This document shows positions 26,446-45,281 of a DNA stretch of 64,000 bases, in pieces (within the stretch, counting starts at the first letter, position 1; every line of letters starts with the position of its first letter). Made by a program: the position numbers and the translations under genes. The notes under the pieces were generated by a model. It had not been told where the DNA came from, did no database searches, and saw only the letters and a list, made by a program, of their open reading frames with translations. This stretch comes from Eledone cirrhosa (lineage: Eukaryota). Location: NCBI GenBank assembly GCA_964016885.1, contig OZ024741.1, positions 60,388,001-60,452,000 of the forward strand. Reading direction: 5' to 3'.

Positions 26446-29075
26446 TATAAACGGAAAAAATGAAACGAAATTTCATTTCCCACTCTTAGTACGGCTGTTA
26501 CTTAAATATAAGTATGTACACCTACATACATATATGTATACAGACGTACAGTAGTATGTATATATATATATATACATACATGCACACATTATATATGTAC
26601 GTATGGATTCACTGAACATTTATTATAATGCTCGGTGTGTTTGTAATCAAACATCCCGTATTAAGCCGTAGTGTCGAGCAACCATCGTTGCACGTGTGTT
26701 CAACACTGACAAAGGAACGCTGTACTAGTTTCAAGCTTATTAGGTATCGTCAGCAACGTATAGCTTGCTGCCAGATTGTTGAACGTATATACTTACCTTA
26801 TGCATATTAACGGCTGAGTAGCCCAATTTACATATCGAGTGGGTTAATCGGCCGGATGCACCGAAAACGATAAACGGAAAAAATGAAGCGAAATTTCATT
26901 TCCCACTCTTAGTACGGCTGTTACTTAAATATAAGTATGTACACGTACATACATATATGTATACAGACGTACAGTAGTATGTATATATATACATACATGC
27001 ACACACACATATATATATGTGTACGTATGGATTCACCAAACATTTATTATAATGCTCGGTGTGTTGGTAATCAAACATACCGTATTAAGCCGTAGTGTCT
27101 AGCAACCATCGCTGCTCGTTTGTTCAACACTGATAAAGGAACGCTGTACTAGTTTCAAGCTTATTAGCTATCGTCAGCAATCGATATGCAAATTGGGCTA
27201 CTCAGCCGTTAATATGCATAAGGTAAGTATATACGTTCAACAATCTGGCAGGAAGGTATACGTTGCTGACGATACCTAATAAGCTTGAAACTAGTACAGC
27301 GTTCTTTTGTCAGTGTTGAACAAAGGAGCAACGATTGTTGCTAGACACTACGGCTTAATACGGGATGTTTGATTACAAACAAACCGAGCATTATATAAAT
27401 GTTCAGTGAATCCATACGTACATATATATATGTGTGCATGTATGTATATATATATATACATACTCATGTACGTCTGTATATATATATGTATGTACGTGTA
27501 CATACTTATATTTAAGTAACAACCGTACTAAGAGTAGGAAATGAAATTTCGTTTCATTTTTTCCGTTTATCGTGTTCCGTGCACCCGGCCGATTAACCCA
27601 CTCGATATGCAAATTAGGCTACTCAACCTTTCATATGCATAAGGTAAGTATATACGTTCAACAATATGGCAGGAATGTATACGTTGCTGACGATAGCTAA
27701 TAAGCTTGAAAATAGTACAGCATTCCTTAGTCAGTGTTGAACAAACGAGCAATATATATATTTATTATTTATTATAATGCTCGGTGTGTTGGTAATCATA
27801 CATCCCGTATTAAACCGTAGTGTCTAGCAACCATCGCTGCTCGTTTGTTCAACACTGACAAAGGAACACTGTACTAGTTTCAAGCTTATTAGTTATCGTC
27901 AGTATTCGATATGCAAATTGGGCTACTCAGCTGTTAATATGCATAAGGTAAGTATAAACGTTCAACAATCTGGCAGGAAGGTATACGTTGCTGACGATAG
28001 CTAATAAGCTTGAAACTAGTACAGTGTTCCTTTGTCAGTGTTGAACAAACGAGCAACTATGATTGCTAGACACTACGGCTTAATTCGGGATGTGTGATTA
28101 CAAACAGACCGAGCATTATAATAAATGTTCGGTGAATCCATACGTACATATATATATATGTGTGCATGTATGTATATATATATACATACTACTGTACGTC
28201 TGTATATATATATGTATGCACGTGTACATACTTATATTTAAGTAACAGCCGTACTAAGTGTGGGAAATGAAATTTCGTTTCATTTTTTCCGTTTATCGTT
28301 TTCGGTGCACCCGGCCGATTGACCCACTCGATAAGAAAATTGGGCTACTCAGCCGTTAATATGCATAAGGTAAATATATACGTTCAACAATCTAGCAGGA
28401 ATGTATACGTTACTGACGATAGCTAATAAGCTTGAAACTAGTACAGTGTTCCTTTGTCAGTGTTGAACAAACGAGCAACGATGGTTGCTAGACACTACGG
28501 CTTAATACGGGATGTTTGATTACAAACACACCGAGCATTATAATAAATGTTTGGTGAATCCAAACGTACATATATAAATGTGTGCATGTATGTATATATA
28601 TACATACTACTGTACGTCTGTATACATATATGTATGTACGTGTACATATTTATATTTAAGTAACAGCCGTACTAAGTGCGGGAAATGAAATTTCGTTTCA
28701 TTTTTTCCGTTTATCGTTTTCGCTGTACCCGGCCGAGTAACCCACTGGATATGCAAATTGGGCTACTCAGCCGTTAATATGCATAAGGTAAGTATATACG
28801 TTCAACAATGTGGCAGGAAGGTATACGTTGCTGACGATAGCTAATAAGCTTGAAACTAGTACAGTGTCCCTTTGTCAGTGTTGAACAAACGAGCAACGGT
28901 GATTGCTAGACACTACGGCTTAATTCGGGATGTTTGATTACAAACAGACCGAGCATTATAAAATATGTTCGGTGAATCCATACGTACATATATATGTGTA
29001 CATGTATGTATATATATATACATACTACTGCACGTCTGTATACATATATGTGTGTACGTGTACATACTTATATTT
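26446..29075. mobile_element. Largest family A array: ~420 bp units, eight HHRs, three orientation switches
   Basis: HHRs at 26718(-), 27142(-), 27261, 27682, 27867(-), 27986, 28408, 28826; periods 421, 422, 418 bp. Confidence 0.85.
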
Positions 29076-29111
29076 ATGTATATAATATATATATAATATA
29101 TATAACATATA

Positions 29112-32830
<3,719 letters not shown>

Positions 32831-32867
32831 ATATATATATATAACATATATATATATATTATATATC

Positions 32868-34870
32868 TGCATCGGAGCCACGATCCTCATCCGAGAACGG
32901 CTCGACTCCTTTCTCTCCTTCTTCTTCTCCTTCCAGCCTTCCCTCCACTTCACCAGCTCTATCTCCACCACCTACGTCCACTTCTTAGACATCTCCCTCG
33001 CCATCGACCCCTCCCACCGCTCCCTCGTCACCTCCGCCTTCTTCAAACCCACCGACTCCCACTCCTACCTCGACTTCACCTCCTCCCATCATCCGCCTAT
33101 TCCGACGCCTCCAGTCCGACCCCTCCACTTCCCCCATCTTCCCATCTCCACCCCTCCCCTCCTTCAAACGCGCACGCAATCTCCGCACCCTCCTCATCCA
33201 CAGCTCCCTACTCCCAATCACGCTATTCTCCCCCCCCCCGATTCCCCTCACTACTCCAGGCCTTGTTGCCACACCTGCCCCAACATCACCAACATCACCA
33301 CTTTCCATGGTCCCAACAACCACTCTCTCTCTGTCTGGCACGCCTTCCGCTGCACCTCCTCCAACCTAGTCTATGGACTTCGCTGCACGGAGTGCAGCGC
33401 AACCTACGTCGGACAGACTGGAAGCGGCCTGGCGGTCCGTTTCACGGAACACCTCCGGGATATTCGCCTCGGCGGGAGTTCCCCGATCGCCTGCCACTTT
33501 CGCTCCCCTGGACATTCCGCCCACCACCTCACAGTCTGTGGCCTACTCCAATGCCATGGAACAACCGCCACCCGCCTCACGGTCGAGCAACAGACCATCT
33601 TCAGCCTCCAGACACACATCCCCCCCCTCCGGCCTGAACTCCCCACCCCTATTTATTTAGCTTTCGACCGCCTACCCTTCCTCCCACACATTCCCCACTA
33701 ACACCTCTAACACACTCCCACTTTTCACCGCCCCTCCCCACCCCCTTGGCCTATCCCACAACTAACAATACTAACACACACTCATCCAAACACGCACACC
33801 CACAGCAGTACACTACACTCCCTCCTCCGTCCCCAACACCTCTTCTCTCCCTCTCTCTCTCACCCTCTCCCCACTCCACCTACACCCTTCACACACACAT
33901 CCCACTAAAACCTCTACTAATATAGACCCCATCGCCCCACTTCACTACCTTCCCCCTCCACCCATCCTCTTCCCTGTCCACCGCACCTCCGCACACACAG
34001 ACACACACACAGTCCTCACCACACTGACCTTTCTCCACCTGTCATCCTGCTCTACTGTTATCTCTTCACCCTGCCTTGACCCTCTGACCACTTCCTGTTG
34101 CGCGCGCACCCCACTTCCCTCCACTTCTGACCACCACCAACATTGGATTTTACACCATCGGTCATCTCTCCAACGATCCACTCCATAACATGAAAAATAT
34201 CCAGCAACTCTTCGCACACTCGACGGAACTACCTCAGGAACTTACCCACGATCATACACTCACATTTTATTTTCGCACCACGCCACCTACACCATGTATA
34301 AACACAAACACACATGTGCACCCCACATATACACACTCAAAATCCGGAATCCACACGCCCCCTCCCCCACCCCTGACCCCGCTCCTTCCACACACACGCA
34401 CACGCCGACTTACACCCCACCCCACGCACACACCTTTTCCTAAACATGGAACCTCGTTCTACCTCCAACTCTCACATTCACATACACACGCACACACACA
34501 CACGTACACCTACACACATACACAAACACCACCTTCAGCCTTCCCCGCTTCGACCCCCGCCCGCCCGCCTCCCTCTCCCAACTCCACCCGCCACCACCCT
34601 TACACCCTTCAACCACTTGTTCATTTTATTGTTTATTCTTATGTCTATTTTTACGTTTATTTTTATTTTTATTTGTTCTCCTTACCCTTTTTTCTAAATG
34701 TATTTCCACCCCTCCTCCACACACCCTCGGAACTCTTCCTAACCTATTTTCTCCTGAAGAAGGCCTTATGCTCGAAACGTCCCCCACCCCCCACCACCCA
34801 ATCACAAGTGCGTGAACCTAATAAACCTTTATTTGTCTGCCTCTCTGTTTCGTTCCCGTCCAAATTTGCA
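32868..34870 (+). mobile_element. 5'-truncated C-rich Penelope-like element (Neptune-like)
   Basis: VHFLDISL, KPTDSHSYLDFTSSH, CCHTCP, CTSSNLVYGLRCTEC..YVGQT..RFTEHL..IACHF; CTGAAGAAGGC..GCTCGAAACGTC at 34754-34781; AATAAA at ~34820. Confidence 0.85.
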
Positions 34871-34936
34871 CTATATATATTATATATATATGTATATATG
34901 TAAATATATATATGTATATATGTAGATATATATGTG

Positions 34937-35036
<100 letters not shown>

Positions 35037-35059
35037 ATGTATATATACACGTATATACA

Positions 35060-36708
35060 AGTAAGATTAATCAATTTATAAGGTATCTATTTTTGAAGTT
35101 CGAGTTAAACTTTAATTAGTTACCCACATAGCTGTGTGTGCTTATACACTTTTATAGATTATCCCCTGTGATTGTTTCATATGTTTATTTTAGATATATA
35201 TATATATGTCAATCAATTTGTAGTTGATGTATATAATATAAATATATATTATATATGCAAAGTTTTATTTAAATTGTTGGGTTACAACGATTAAATATTT
35301 ATAACTGATATAAAAGCACTCAACAAATATTTGGAGTATATTTACGATATTAAATAAATGGAAACTATATTTATAAAATCATATTTATTTCATTATATAT
35401 ATTTCAGGGATATCATATTAAAAATATGGTATGCCTTCATCAGACAAAATACAATATAAACAGTTTTATAAATAGATAGATTTGACATACCTTACACTTC
35501 AACTTCCATTTAAAAAGTTGATTTGGTAGTGAAAAATGTTAGGGACAGTTATAGAAAAAAGAAAAGAAAGAAAGAAAGAAAACGAAGAAAAAGAAGAAAT
35601 GCATGCAACGAAAACCGAGAGAGATAGATATAGAGAGATAGATAGAGAGAAGAAATTCATGTAAAGAAAAAACAGAGAGAGATAGATAGAGAGAGAAAAA
35701 ACAGAGAGAGATAGATAGAGAGAGAGAGAGAGAGAAAAGAGAGAGAGAGAGAAAAAATAGAGAGAGATAGATATAGATAAAGATAGAGAGAGAGAAAAAT
35801 AGGTAGTTGGGCACCAGTTGAATGACGTATCAATGATATATTTATTTATTTATTTATTTATTTAGTTATTGTATTAAGGTAGAGAGAGATATATGTGGTT
35901 ATGAGAGAAAACAGCCGTTACATAGAGAGAAAAGAAAAATATCCAGAGATAAACGAGGCAGATTTAAAACATTATGTTTCATCAATCTAAAATATCAATT
36001 CGTGTGAATTAGGTATTATAATGTAAATATCAGTATTTATGAATGAGACACGTATCAATAATGTGTGAAAAATAATGATCATATGTCTAGTTTAAAATTC
36101 CTAGGTTTATCTCTGGATATTTTTCTTTTCTCTCTACGTAACGGCTGTTTTCTCTCATAACCACAGATCTCTCTCTCTACCTTAATACTATAACTAAATA
36201 AATAAATAAATAAATAAATATATCATTGATACGTCATTCAACTGGTGCCCAACTACCTATTTTTCTCTCTCTCTATCTTTATCTATATCTATCTCTCTCT
36301 ATTTTTTCTCTCTCTCTCTCTTTTCTCTCTCTCTCTCTCTCTATCCATCTCCCTCTGTTTTTTCTCTCTCTATCTATCTCTCTCTGTTTTTTCTTTACAT
36401 GAATTTCTTCTCTCTATCTATCTCTCTATATCTATCTCTCTCGGTTTTCGTTGCATGCATTTCTTCTTTTTCTTCGTTTTCTTTCTTTTCTTTTTTCTAT
36501 AACTGTCCCTAACATTTTTCACTACCAAATCAACTTTTTAAATGGAAGTTGAAGTGTAAGGTATGTCAAATCTATCTATTTATAAGACTGTTTATATTGT
36601 ATTTTGTCTGATGAAGGCATACCATATTTTTAATATGATATCCCTGAAATATATATAATGAAATAAATATGATTTTATAAATATAGTTTCCATTTATTTA
36701 ATATCGTA
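35060..36708. mobile_element. Tail-out inverted pLTR pair, ~610 bp arms, ~150 bp spacer
   Basis: 35343-35954 is the reverse complement of 36104-36708; HHR in each arm. Confidence 0.85.
36600..36665 (+). ncRNA. Hammerhead (mirror copy at ~35386-35451 on minus)
   Basis: TATTTTGT-CTGATGA-AGG.ATA.CATATT/AATATG.TAT.CCT-GAAA-TATATATA^ATGAAATA. Confidence 0.7.
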
Positions 36709-36756
36709 TATATTATATATATATATATTATATATACATAGATATATATATAGATA

Positions 36757-36812
36757 TGTAAGTATGTATGTATACGTACATACATATATGTATACAGACG
36801 TACAGTAGCATG

Positions 36813-36900
<88 letters not shown>

Positions 36901-37651
36901 TATATATACATATATATATATACATACAGGTACACATACATATATGCACGCGTCAGTTTAGCGGACGCTTATTATAACGCCGCTTTGTTCGTTTGTAAAC
37001 AAACTGAACAGCCTGAATTTATGACATACGGTGTTAAGGCAACCACGTCACCTTTTTGTTCAACACTGACACAGGAACGATGTACTAGTTTCAAGCTTGT
37101 TAGCTATCATCAGCACCGTATACCCATCTTCCAGATAGTTGAACGTTCGAAAGTATATACTTTCCTTATGAAAATTAACGGCTGAGCAGCATAATTTGCA
37201 TATTGAGTGAGTTAAATCGGTCAGGCATACCGAAAACGATAAGTTGAAATAAAATGAAAACGAAATTTCATTTCTCACTCTTAGTATGGCACTTACTTAA
37301 ATGTAAGTATGGCACTTACTTAAATATAAGTATGGCATAAATTCAGGCTGTTCAGTTTGTTTACAAACGAACAATTAAGTATGTATACATACATACTTAC
37401 ATTTAAGTAAGTGCCATACTAAGAGTGAGAAATGAAATGAAACTAGTACATCGAGTACAACTAGTACAAGAGTGAGAAATGAAATGAAACTAGTACATCG
37501 TTCCTGTGTCAGTGTTGAACAAAAAGGTGACGTGGTTGCCTTAACACCGTATGGCATAAATTCAGGCTGTTCAGTTTGTTTACAAACGAACAAAGCGGCG
37601 TTATAATAAGCGTCCGCTAAACTGATGCGTGCATATATGTATGTGTACCTG

Positions 37652-37733
<82 letters not shown>

Positions 37734-38180
37734 CATGCTACTGTACGTCTGTATACATATCTGTATGTACGTATACATACATACTTACATTTAAGTAAGT
37801 GCCATACTAAGAGTGAGAAATGAAATTTCGTTTTCATTTTATTTCAACTTATAGTTTTCCGTATGCCTGACCGATTTAACTCACTCAATATGCAAATTAG
37901 GCTGCTCAGCCGTTAATTTACATAGGGAAAGTATATACTTTCGAACGTTCAACTATCTGGCAGATGGGTATACGGTGCTGATGATAGCTAACAAGCTTGA
38001 AACTATTACATCGTTCCTGTGTCAGTGTTGAACAAAAAGGTGACGTGGTTGCCTTAACACCGTATGGCATAAATTCAGCTGTTCAGTTTGTTTACAAACG
38101 AACAAAGCGGCGTTATAATAAGCGTCCGCTAAACTGATGCGTGCATATATGTATGTGTACCTGTATGTATATATATATAT

Positions 38181-38263
<83 letters not shown>

Positions 38264-38850
38264 CAAGCTATTGTACGTCTGTATACATATATGTATGTAC
38301 GTATACATACATACTTACATTTAAGTAAGTGCCATACTAAGAGTGAGAAATGAAATTTCGTTTTCATTTTGTTTCAACTTATCGTTTTCGGTATGCCTGA
38401 CCGATTTAACTCACTCAATATGCAGATTAGGCTGCTCAGCCGTTAATTTTCATAAGGAAAGTATATACTTTCGAACGTTCAACTATCTGGCAGATGGGTA
38501 TACGGTACGGTGCTGATGATAGCTAACAAGCTTGAAACTAGTACATCGTTCCTGTGTCAGTGTTGAACAAAAAGCTGACGTGGTTGCCTTAACACCGTAT
38601 GGCATAAATTCAGGCTGTTCAGTTTGTTTACATCGAACAAAGCGGCGTTATAATAAGCGTCCGCTAAACTGATGCGTGCATATATGTATGTGTACCTGTA
38701 TGTATATATATATATGTATATATATATATGTGCATGCTACTGTACGTCTGTATACATATATGTATGTACGTATACATACATACTTACATTTAAGTAAGTG
38801 CCATACTAAGAGTGAGAAATGAAATTTCGTTTTCATTTTATTTCTACTTA
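36757..38850. mobile_element. Family A subfamily 2 inverted array
   Basis: HHRs at 37078(-), 37973, 38508 with CTGATGA core, AACA loop II, CGGTG/CATCG stem I; units lengthened by internal (TA)n. Confidence 0.85.
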
Positions 38851-38924
38851 TATATAGATAGATATATATATATTATATATATAAATGGAAAGTATAGAAA
38901 TTATCGTGAGCAAGAAGCCAACAG

Positions 38925-39036
<112 letters not shown>

Positions 39037-39044
39037 CTATATAC

Positions 39045-39444
<400 letters not shown>

Positions 39445-39509
39445 TATATATACATAGATATAAAATATATATATATATTTTATATATGTATATATATATT
39501 ATATATATT

Positions 39510-39540
<31 letters not shown>

Positions 39541-39550
39541 TATATATATA

Positions 39551-39976
39551 ATATAAGTATGTATACGTACATACATATATGTATACAGATGTACAGTAGG
39601 TAGTATGTATATATATATATACATACATGCACACATATATACATGTACGTATGGATTCACCGAACATTTATTATAATGCTAGGTGTGTTTGTAAACAAAC
39701 ATCCCGAATTAAGCCGTACAGTGTCTAGCAACCATCGTTGCTCATTTGTTCAACACTGACAAAGGAACGCTGTACTAGTTTCAAGCTTATTAGCTATCGT
39801 CAGCAACGTATATGTTCCTGCCAGATGATTGAACATCTGAAAGTATATACTTTCCTTATGCATATTAACGGCTGAAGAGCCTAATTTGCATATCGAGTGA
39901 GTTAATCGGTCGGGGCAGTGAAAACGATAAACGGAAAAAATGAAACGAAATTTCATTTCTCACTCTTAGTACAGCT
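39551..39976 (-). mobile_element. Family A monomer
   Basis: One unit length; HHR at 39768-39808. Confidence 0.8.
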
Positions 39977-40470
39977 AAGCCTCTCACAACCAAGAGAGAA
40001 ATACCACAAAAGGTGGAGGGGGTATTTATGTCAAGGCCGTAGAAGTGATGGCTAGGAGGGCGAGAAGTTTGAGTAATGTAAGCTATACAGCAGTCACTAC
40101 ACTTCAGTGGTTACTCTACCGTAGCGAGTTATAAACAGTATAAAGAAATACACAGACACATGCGAATACATACATATACATGAATATACCCCCATATATC
40201 CCTGAATTTGTGTGGTGCCAACCTTAACCGTTGTTGCTCTATGAATAATCGGGACAAAATAATCCGAATGGATTAGATTGATTCAATATCAGAGCTATAT
40301 AATACATTATAAAGAAAGAAGAAACATTAGATATAATTAATAAGATATACCATACCTAAATTTCTTGATAGGTCGGCTAACCTCACAAAACTACTGTATC
40401 TCTGTGATGTAGTGTTTTTGCATAATAAGCCACGAAACTACGTAGTCGAGGATAAAGAGGAAATTTAGGA
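39977..40470. mobile_element. Relative of 53325-54001 with a locally inverted hammerhead (40361-40452, +)
   Basis: TTGATAGG..GGCT/AGCC..GAAAC TACGTA GTC^GAGGA. Confidence 0.65.
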
Positions 40471-41830
40471 TTGCTGAAAACAGAGCAGTATTGTTTCTGC
40501 ATTATCTCGCCCATGGTTTTGGCATTCTCTTGGAGTGTGCCATTTTCATCAACTAGGGGACCAACAGTGGAGACGGGTGACCTTGTGTTTTTTAGCAAAT
40601 GAAAAGAAGACTTTGGGGTTGAGTTTGATTTTCTAAATGGCCCACCTATCTTCAGCTATTCTCTGGTTATTGGTGATGGTCATCATTCATTGCTGGAGGT
40701 TATATTTTTTTTTACTCAAGCAGGGTGATAGCCATTGAATGTGTGTGTTGCTGTTGGCAGTATTTTAGTGTGTTAATTTTTTTGTTTGTTCTTTTTATTT
40801 TTCTGATAATTGTTTTTCTGTTTTGGGGGATACTGCACTTGGTTTTGTTCACAGGTTTTGGTGGGGTATGTTTTGTACATATATTTGTGACAGTGCCTAC
40901 AAAGATCTGCCAAGATGTTTTGATGTTGGTGGAAGTGTGTGCGTGTGCAAAAGACCAGTCGACATGTGATAGTTCGTTCATAATTGCATCCCAGTTGGCA
41001 TTGTAGAGATCCATGTTATCAAATGGGTGGGCTGGAAAGAGGACCCTGGGATTAGCTTTCGGCTATGTCATTGTTGGAGAGAAGGGTTTTTTCCACTGTA
41101 ATATTATGTATAGTGTTAGTGTGGTTACTAAACACTATATCCAGAATGTTCTTCTGATGCCTCGTTGGTGCAAGGATAAGTTGGGACAAGAAAAACTCAT
41201 TCATGAAGTCAAGAAGTGACTCGACAGCCTCTTTGTCAGTGGTTGAGGTTGAGGAGCCTGGTTTCACACTACATGTAGACCAATCGACACATGGTAGATT
41301 AAAGTCTCAAAAGTATGTTGCTAGAATGGCACTGTTTAATAAAGCATTTAATACTGTTGAGGCATTCTTTGAAACAGATTATGGGTGTTTGTGGTGGCCT
41401 ATAGAGCCCAATTAATGTCAGGTCATTGGCTTTATTGTGCACAGTGACTGATTCACAGTATACATTCGAGAATGTTGTGTTGCCATCTGCCGTAAAGGAA
41501 TCATGCAGGAAAATGGCAGTTCCACCCTTCCTTCTGCCAACACGATCCGCACGGATGGTTGTGAAATTTCTCACTCTTACTTCGGCCTCCAAGTGGGAGT
41601 TGTCAAGGTGGGTCTCAGTAAGAATGAAGAAGGGGATGTGAAATGGATGGTTACCAACCCAATCCTCAATGAATTGGATCTTCCATTTCTGTGCATTGAT
41701 GGATGGGCTGATACCTTGTGTATTGAGTAAGAATGTGGAGGCTAGTGTGGTGGCTGGTTTTGACTGTTGCAGGGGGCTTGTTTTGTGATTGTGTGTTAGT
41801 GACAGCAAGGATGGTGTTGGGTGATGGGTA
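40465..41830 (-). mobile_element. CR1/L2-group LINE ORF2 5' part (AP endonuclease), decayed
   Basis: LLNTQGI, ILTETHL, DR..RKGGTA, IGLYRPP, DFNLP.VDW, PTR..NILDIVFSN, NPKVFF, VGPL, YCSVFS. Confidence 0.85.
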
Positions 41831-41898
41831 AAATGTTTTTCTCTACCTCTTTTGCCAGGTTCATGAAAGAGCTTTACATATATATATTTATATATATA

Positions 41899-42042
<144 letters not shown>

Positions 42043-42057
42043 CATATATATATATAC

Positions 42058-42191
<134 letters not shown>

Positions 42192-42451
42192 TTAAACAAG
42201 ATTCAATGAATACATCAAAGAATGAGTTTTACAATAGATTGGAACCACTCTACACAAAAAAATTTTCTTCCAGAGTTATTAATATTAATTCCAAATATTA
42301 ACAAAATAGATATTCTTGTGATCAATTATATTTTATTATACATATTTCAGAGGTACTGAATGTCAGGGTGTCATGTATCATTTTATTTTATCTGATAAGG
42401 ACGTACTGTTGAACTTAATTCAGTACCTCTGAAATTTGTTAATATTTGGAA

Positions 42452-42589
<138 letters not shown>

Positions 42590-42649
42590 TGTGTGTATAT
42601 ATGTATATATTTATACATATATAAACACGCATACGCACACACACACACA

Positions 42650-42680
<31 letters not shown>

Positions 42681-42682
<2 letters not shown>

Positions 42683-43338
42683 CTAATAAGTTTACAAACA
42701 AACAAACCGATCATTATAATAAATGTTCGGTAAACCGATACGTGTATATATATATGTGTGCATGTATGTATATATATATACATACTACTGTATGTCTGTA
42801 TACATATATGTATGTACGTATACATACATACTTTTTTTTAAGTAAGTGCCGTACTAAGAGTGAGAAATGAAATTTCGTTTTATTCTATTCCATTTATCGT
42901 TTTCGGCGCGCCCGGCAGACTGAACTCGATATGCAAATTAGGCTGCTCAGCCGTTAATATGCATAAGGAAAGTATATATTTTCAGACGTTCACCCATCTG
43001 GCAGGAAGGTATACGATGCTGACGATAGCTAATAAGCTTGAAACTAGTACATCCTTCCTGTGTCAGTGTTGAACAAAAAGGTGACGTGGTTGCCTAAACA
43101 CTGTACGGCGTAATTCGGGCTGTTTGTTTGTTTACAAACAAACAAACCGAGCATTATAATAAATGTTCGGTAAACCGATACGTGCTGATATATATGTGTG
43201 CATGTATGTATATATATACATACTACTGTACGTCTGTATACATATATGTATGTACGAATACATACATACATACTTACATTTAAGTAAGTGTCGTACTAAG
43301 AGTGGCAAATGAAATTTCGTTTCATTCTGTTCCATTTA
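42681..43338 (+). mobile_element. Family A, ~1.4 units
   Basis: HHR at 43014-43054 with CGATG/CATCC stem I and CAGGAA/TTCCTG distal stem. Confidence 0.8.
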
Positions 43339-43705
43339 TATATATATATATGTCCTGGAATTTAGTCCACGCTTGCTTTTTTCCATCCACTGAATTATTT
43401 TTGAATAAGTTCCCTGTGTCCACGCATCGCCTTGTAACTTAGCTGAGAACAGACTTCCTGATGACGAAACGGCTTCTCCATGCCTTCCATTTGGAAACCA
43501 TGTTTATTCCCTTTTAGAAACTAATTAGTTGGAGTGAAATTTTAGTAAGTAAGTTAATTTTTATAATTTTCTTATTTTAAGTCTTTCATATAATTTTTCT
43601 GCATCCCCTTGCATTGAACCACAAATTTACTAAGACAAAACCTATATATTTGCTAGCATAGGTATGCATCTGTATATATATGTTGGTAGATATACTAATT
43701 CTATC

Positions 43706-43736
<31 letters not shown>

Positions 43737-43761
43737 TTATACATATATATATATATATATA

Positions 43762-44325
43762 AAGCTGCCCTCAAACACACTCGTAAAAAGGACAGTATCT
43801 CAGCCTTCTCACCCCACAACAATCCTTCCCATCCAACAACAGACTTCCTTCCTGCTTTACCTACCACCTCTGCCACTCTACTTCAACACTTACACACACA
43901 GCTCTGTACAGACGAACAACAAACACGCACGCGCCCCATACTCCATTTCTTTCTCTCAAACTTATACTCACACACCCTCACAGCTTCGTATTCACAAACA
44001 CCGAATACACGCACACACACTTACACATATGCATATCCACTCTAAATACAAAAGAATTTCTTCCTTTTCAGCACGATATAAAACGCTTTTGAACACAGCT
44101 TTTCAAAAGGCGGTCAAGGCAACTTCCTACGCCATAAATGCTCTTCACAGTTTTCCAAGAGATGGCTAAACGATGTGCTTTTTCCTTTCTACCCCTGCTC
44201 ACTTTCCTCAATCTTTCTATTTTTATTTTCTGATGAAGGACTAGCGTCCGAAATGACAAGTGTGAAACTAATATATCTCTTTAATGTACTTCATCAGCTG
44301 TTGTGTTTATTTCCGTTTACTTATC
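43762..44325 (+). mobile_element. pLTR-like fragment with hammerhead-like motif at 44230-44253
   Basis: CTGATGAA-GGAC TAGC GTCC-GAAA; stems I and III weak. Confidence 0.45.
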
Positions 44326-44376
44326 TCACACACACACACATACACACTCACACATATATATATATATATATACAAA

Positions 44377-44461
<85 letters not shown>

Positions 44462-44799
44462 CGAAATAGAAATAGAAACTTCGCCGTGACATTTTAGGCC
44501 ATAATATAATCTACTAATGGAAAAGATGGTTATCAGGACACATACATATATTGTTGTATAGTATGTATCGTTCACTTACTGATGATGAGCTTTCGATTCC
44601 AGAGTCAGACACTATCGTAATTAAAGGTATCTTGAAATGAAAATAGCGGAACGCGCACAAATGAGGATTAAAATATGTACAATATGCTAAACTGCCACAT
44701 CGTTCCTGCTTGATTTCAGTGTATATCCCCACTTTCCCTGTCTGTTGTATTGTCCCTCTTTTTGTTGTCCCTTATGGCAAATAAAAAGTAATAATAATA

Positions 44800-44982
44800 A
44801 GGATTGGCAGTATCGGTAGAGCGTCAGACACAATGCTTTGTAGCATAGAGTTACGGCCCTTTACATTCCGAGATTATGCTGTCGATAAATAAAGTACCAG
44901 TAATGCACTGGGGTCGATTTAATCGACTTTCCCCTCCCCTTCAAATTACTGGCCTTGTGTCTAAAGTAGAAACAATTATTAT
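44800..44982 (+). mobile_element. tRNA-derived SINE with internal deletion
   Basis: Same family as 13003-13215. Confidence 0.8.
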
Positions 44983-45281
44983 ATAGTTTAAGAATTAAAA
45001 AATATGTACACAACGATACAACTACAGAAAATGTTATATCACACTTGTTGGAAAATAAATGAATATCTATATATCCATATCTGTATATATCCGACGCTTT
45101 TAGAATATTCTGTCATGCTTTGTTTCTAAATACCTGTGGTGGTTAAACACTTGCTCGAAAATTTCATAGCGAGGCTATACAAATGTTTATTAACATGAAC
45201 ATTTCGTATATCATTTAACATACAACTCCAGTCATATATATATATATATACATACATACAGACACATACATGCATACATAC

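Noticed and set aside
43458-43470. CTGATGACGAAAC ultra-minimal hammerhead
   Set aside because: No stem II and no convincing stem I or III; at best a decayed pLTR motif.
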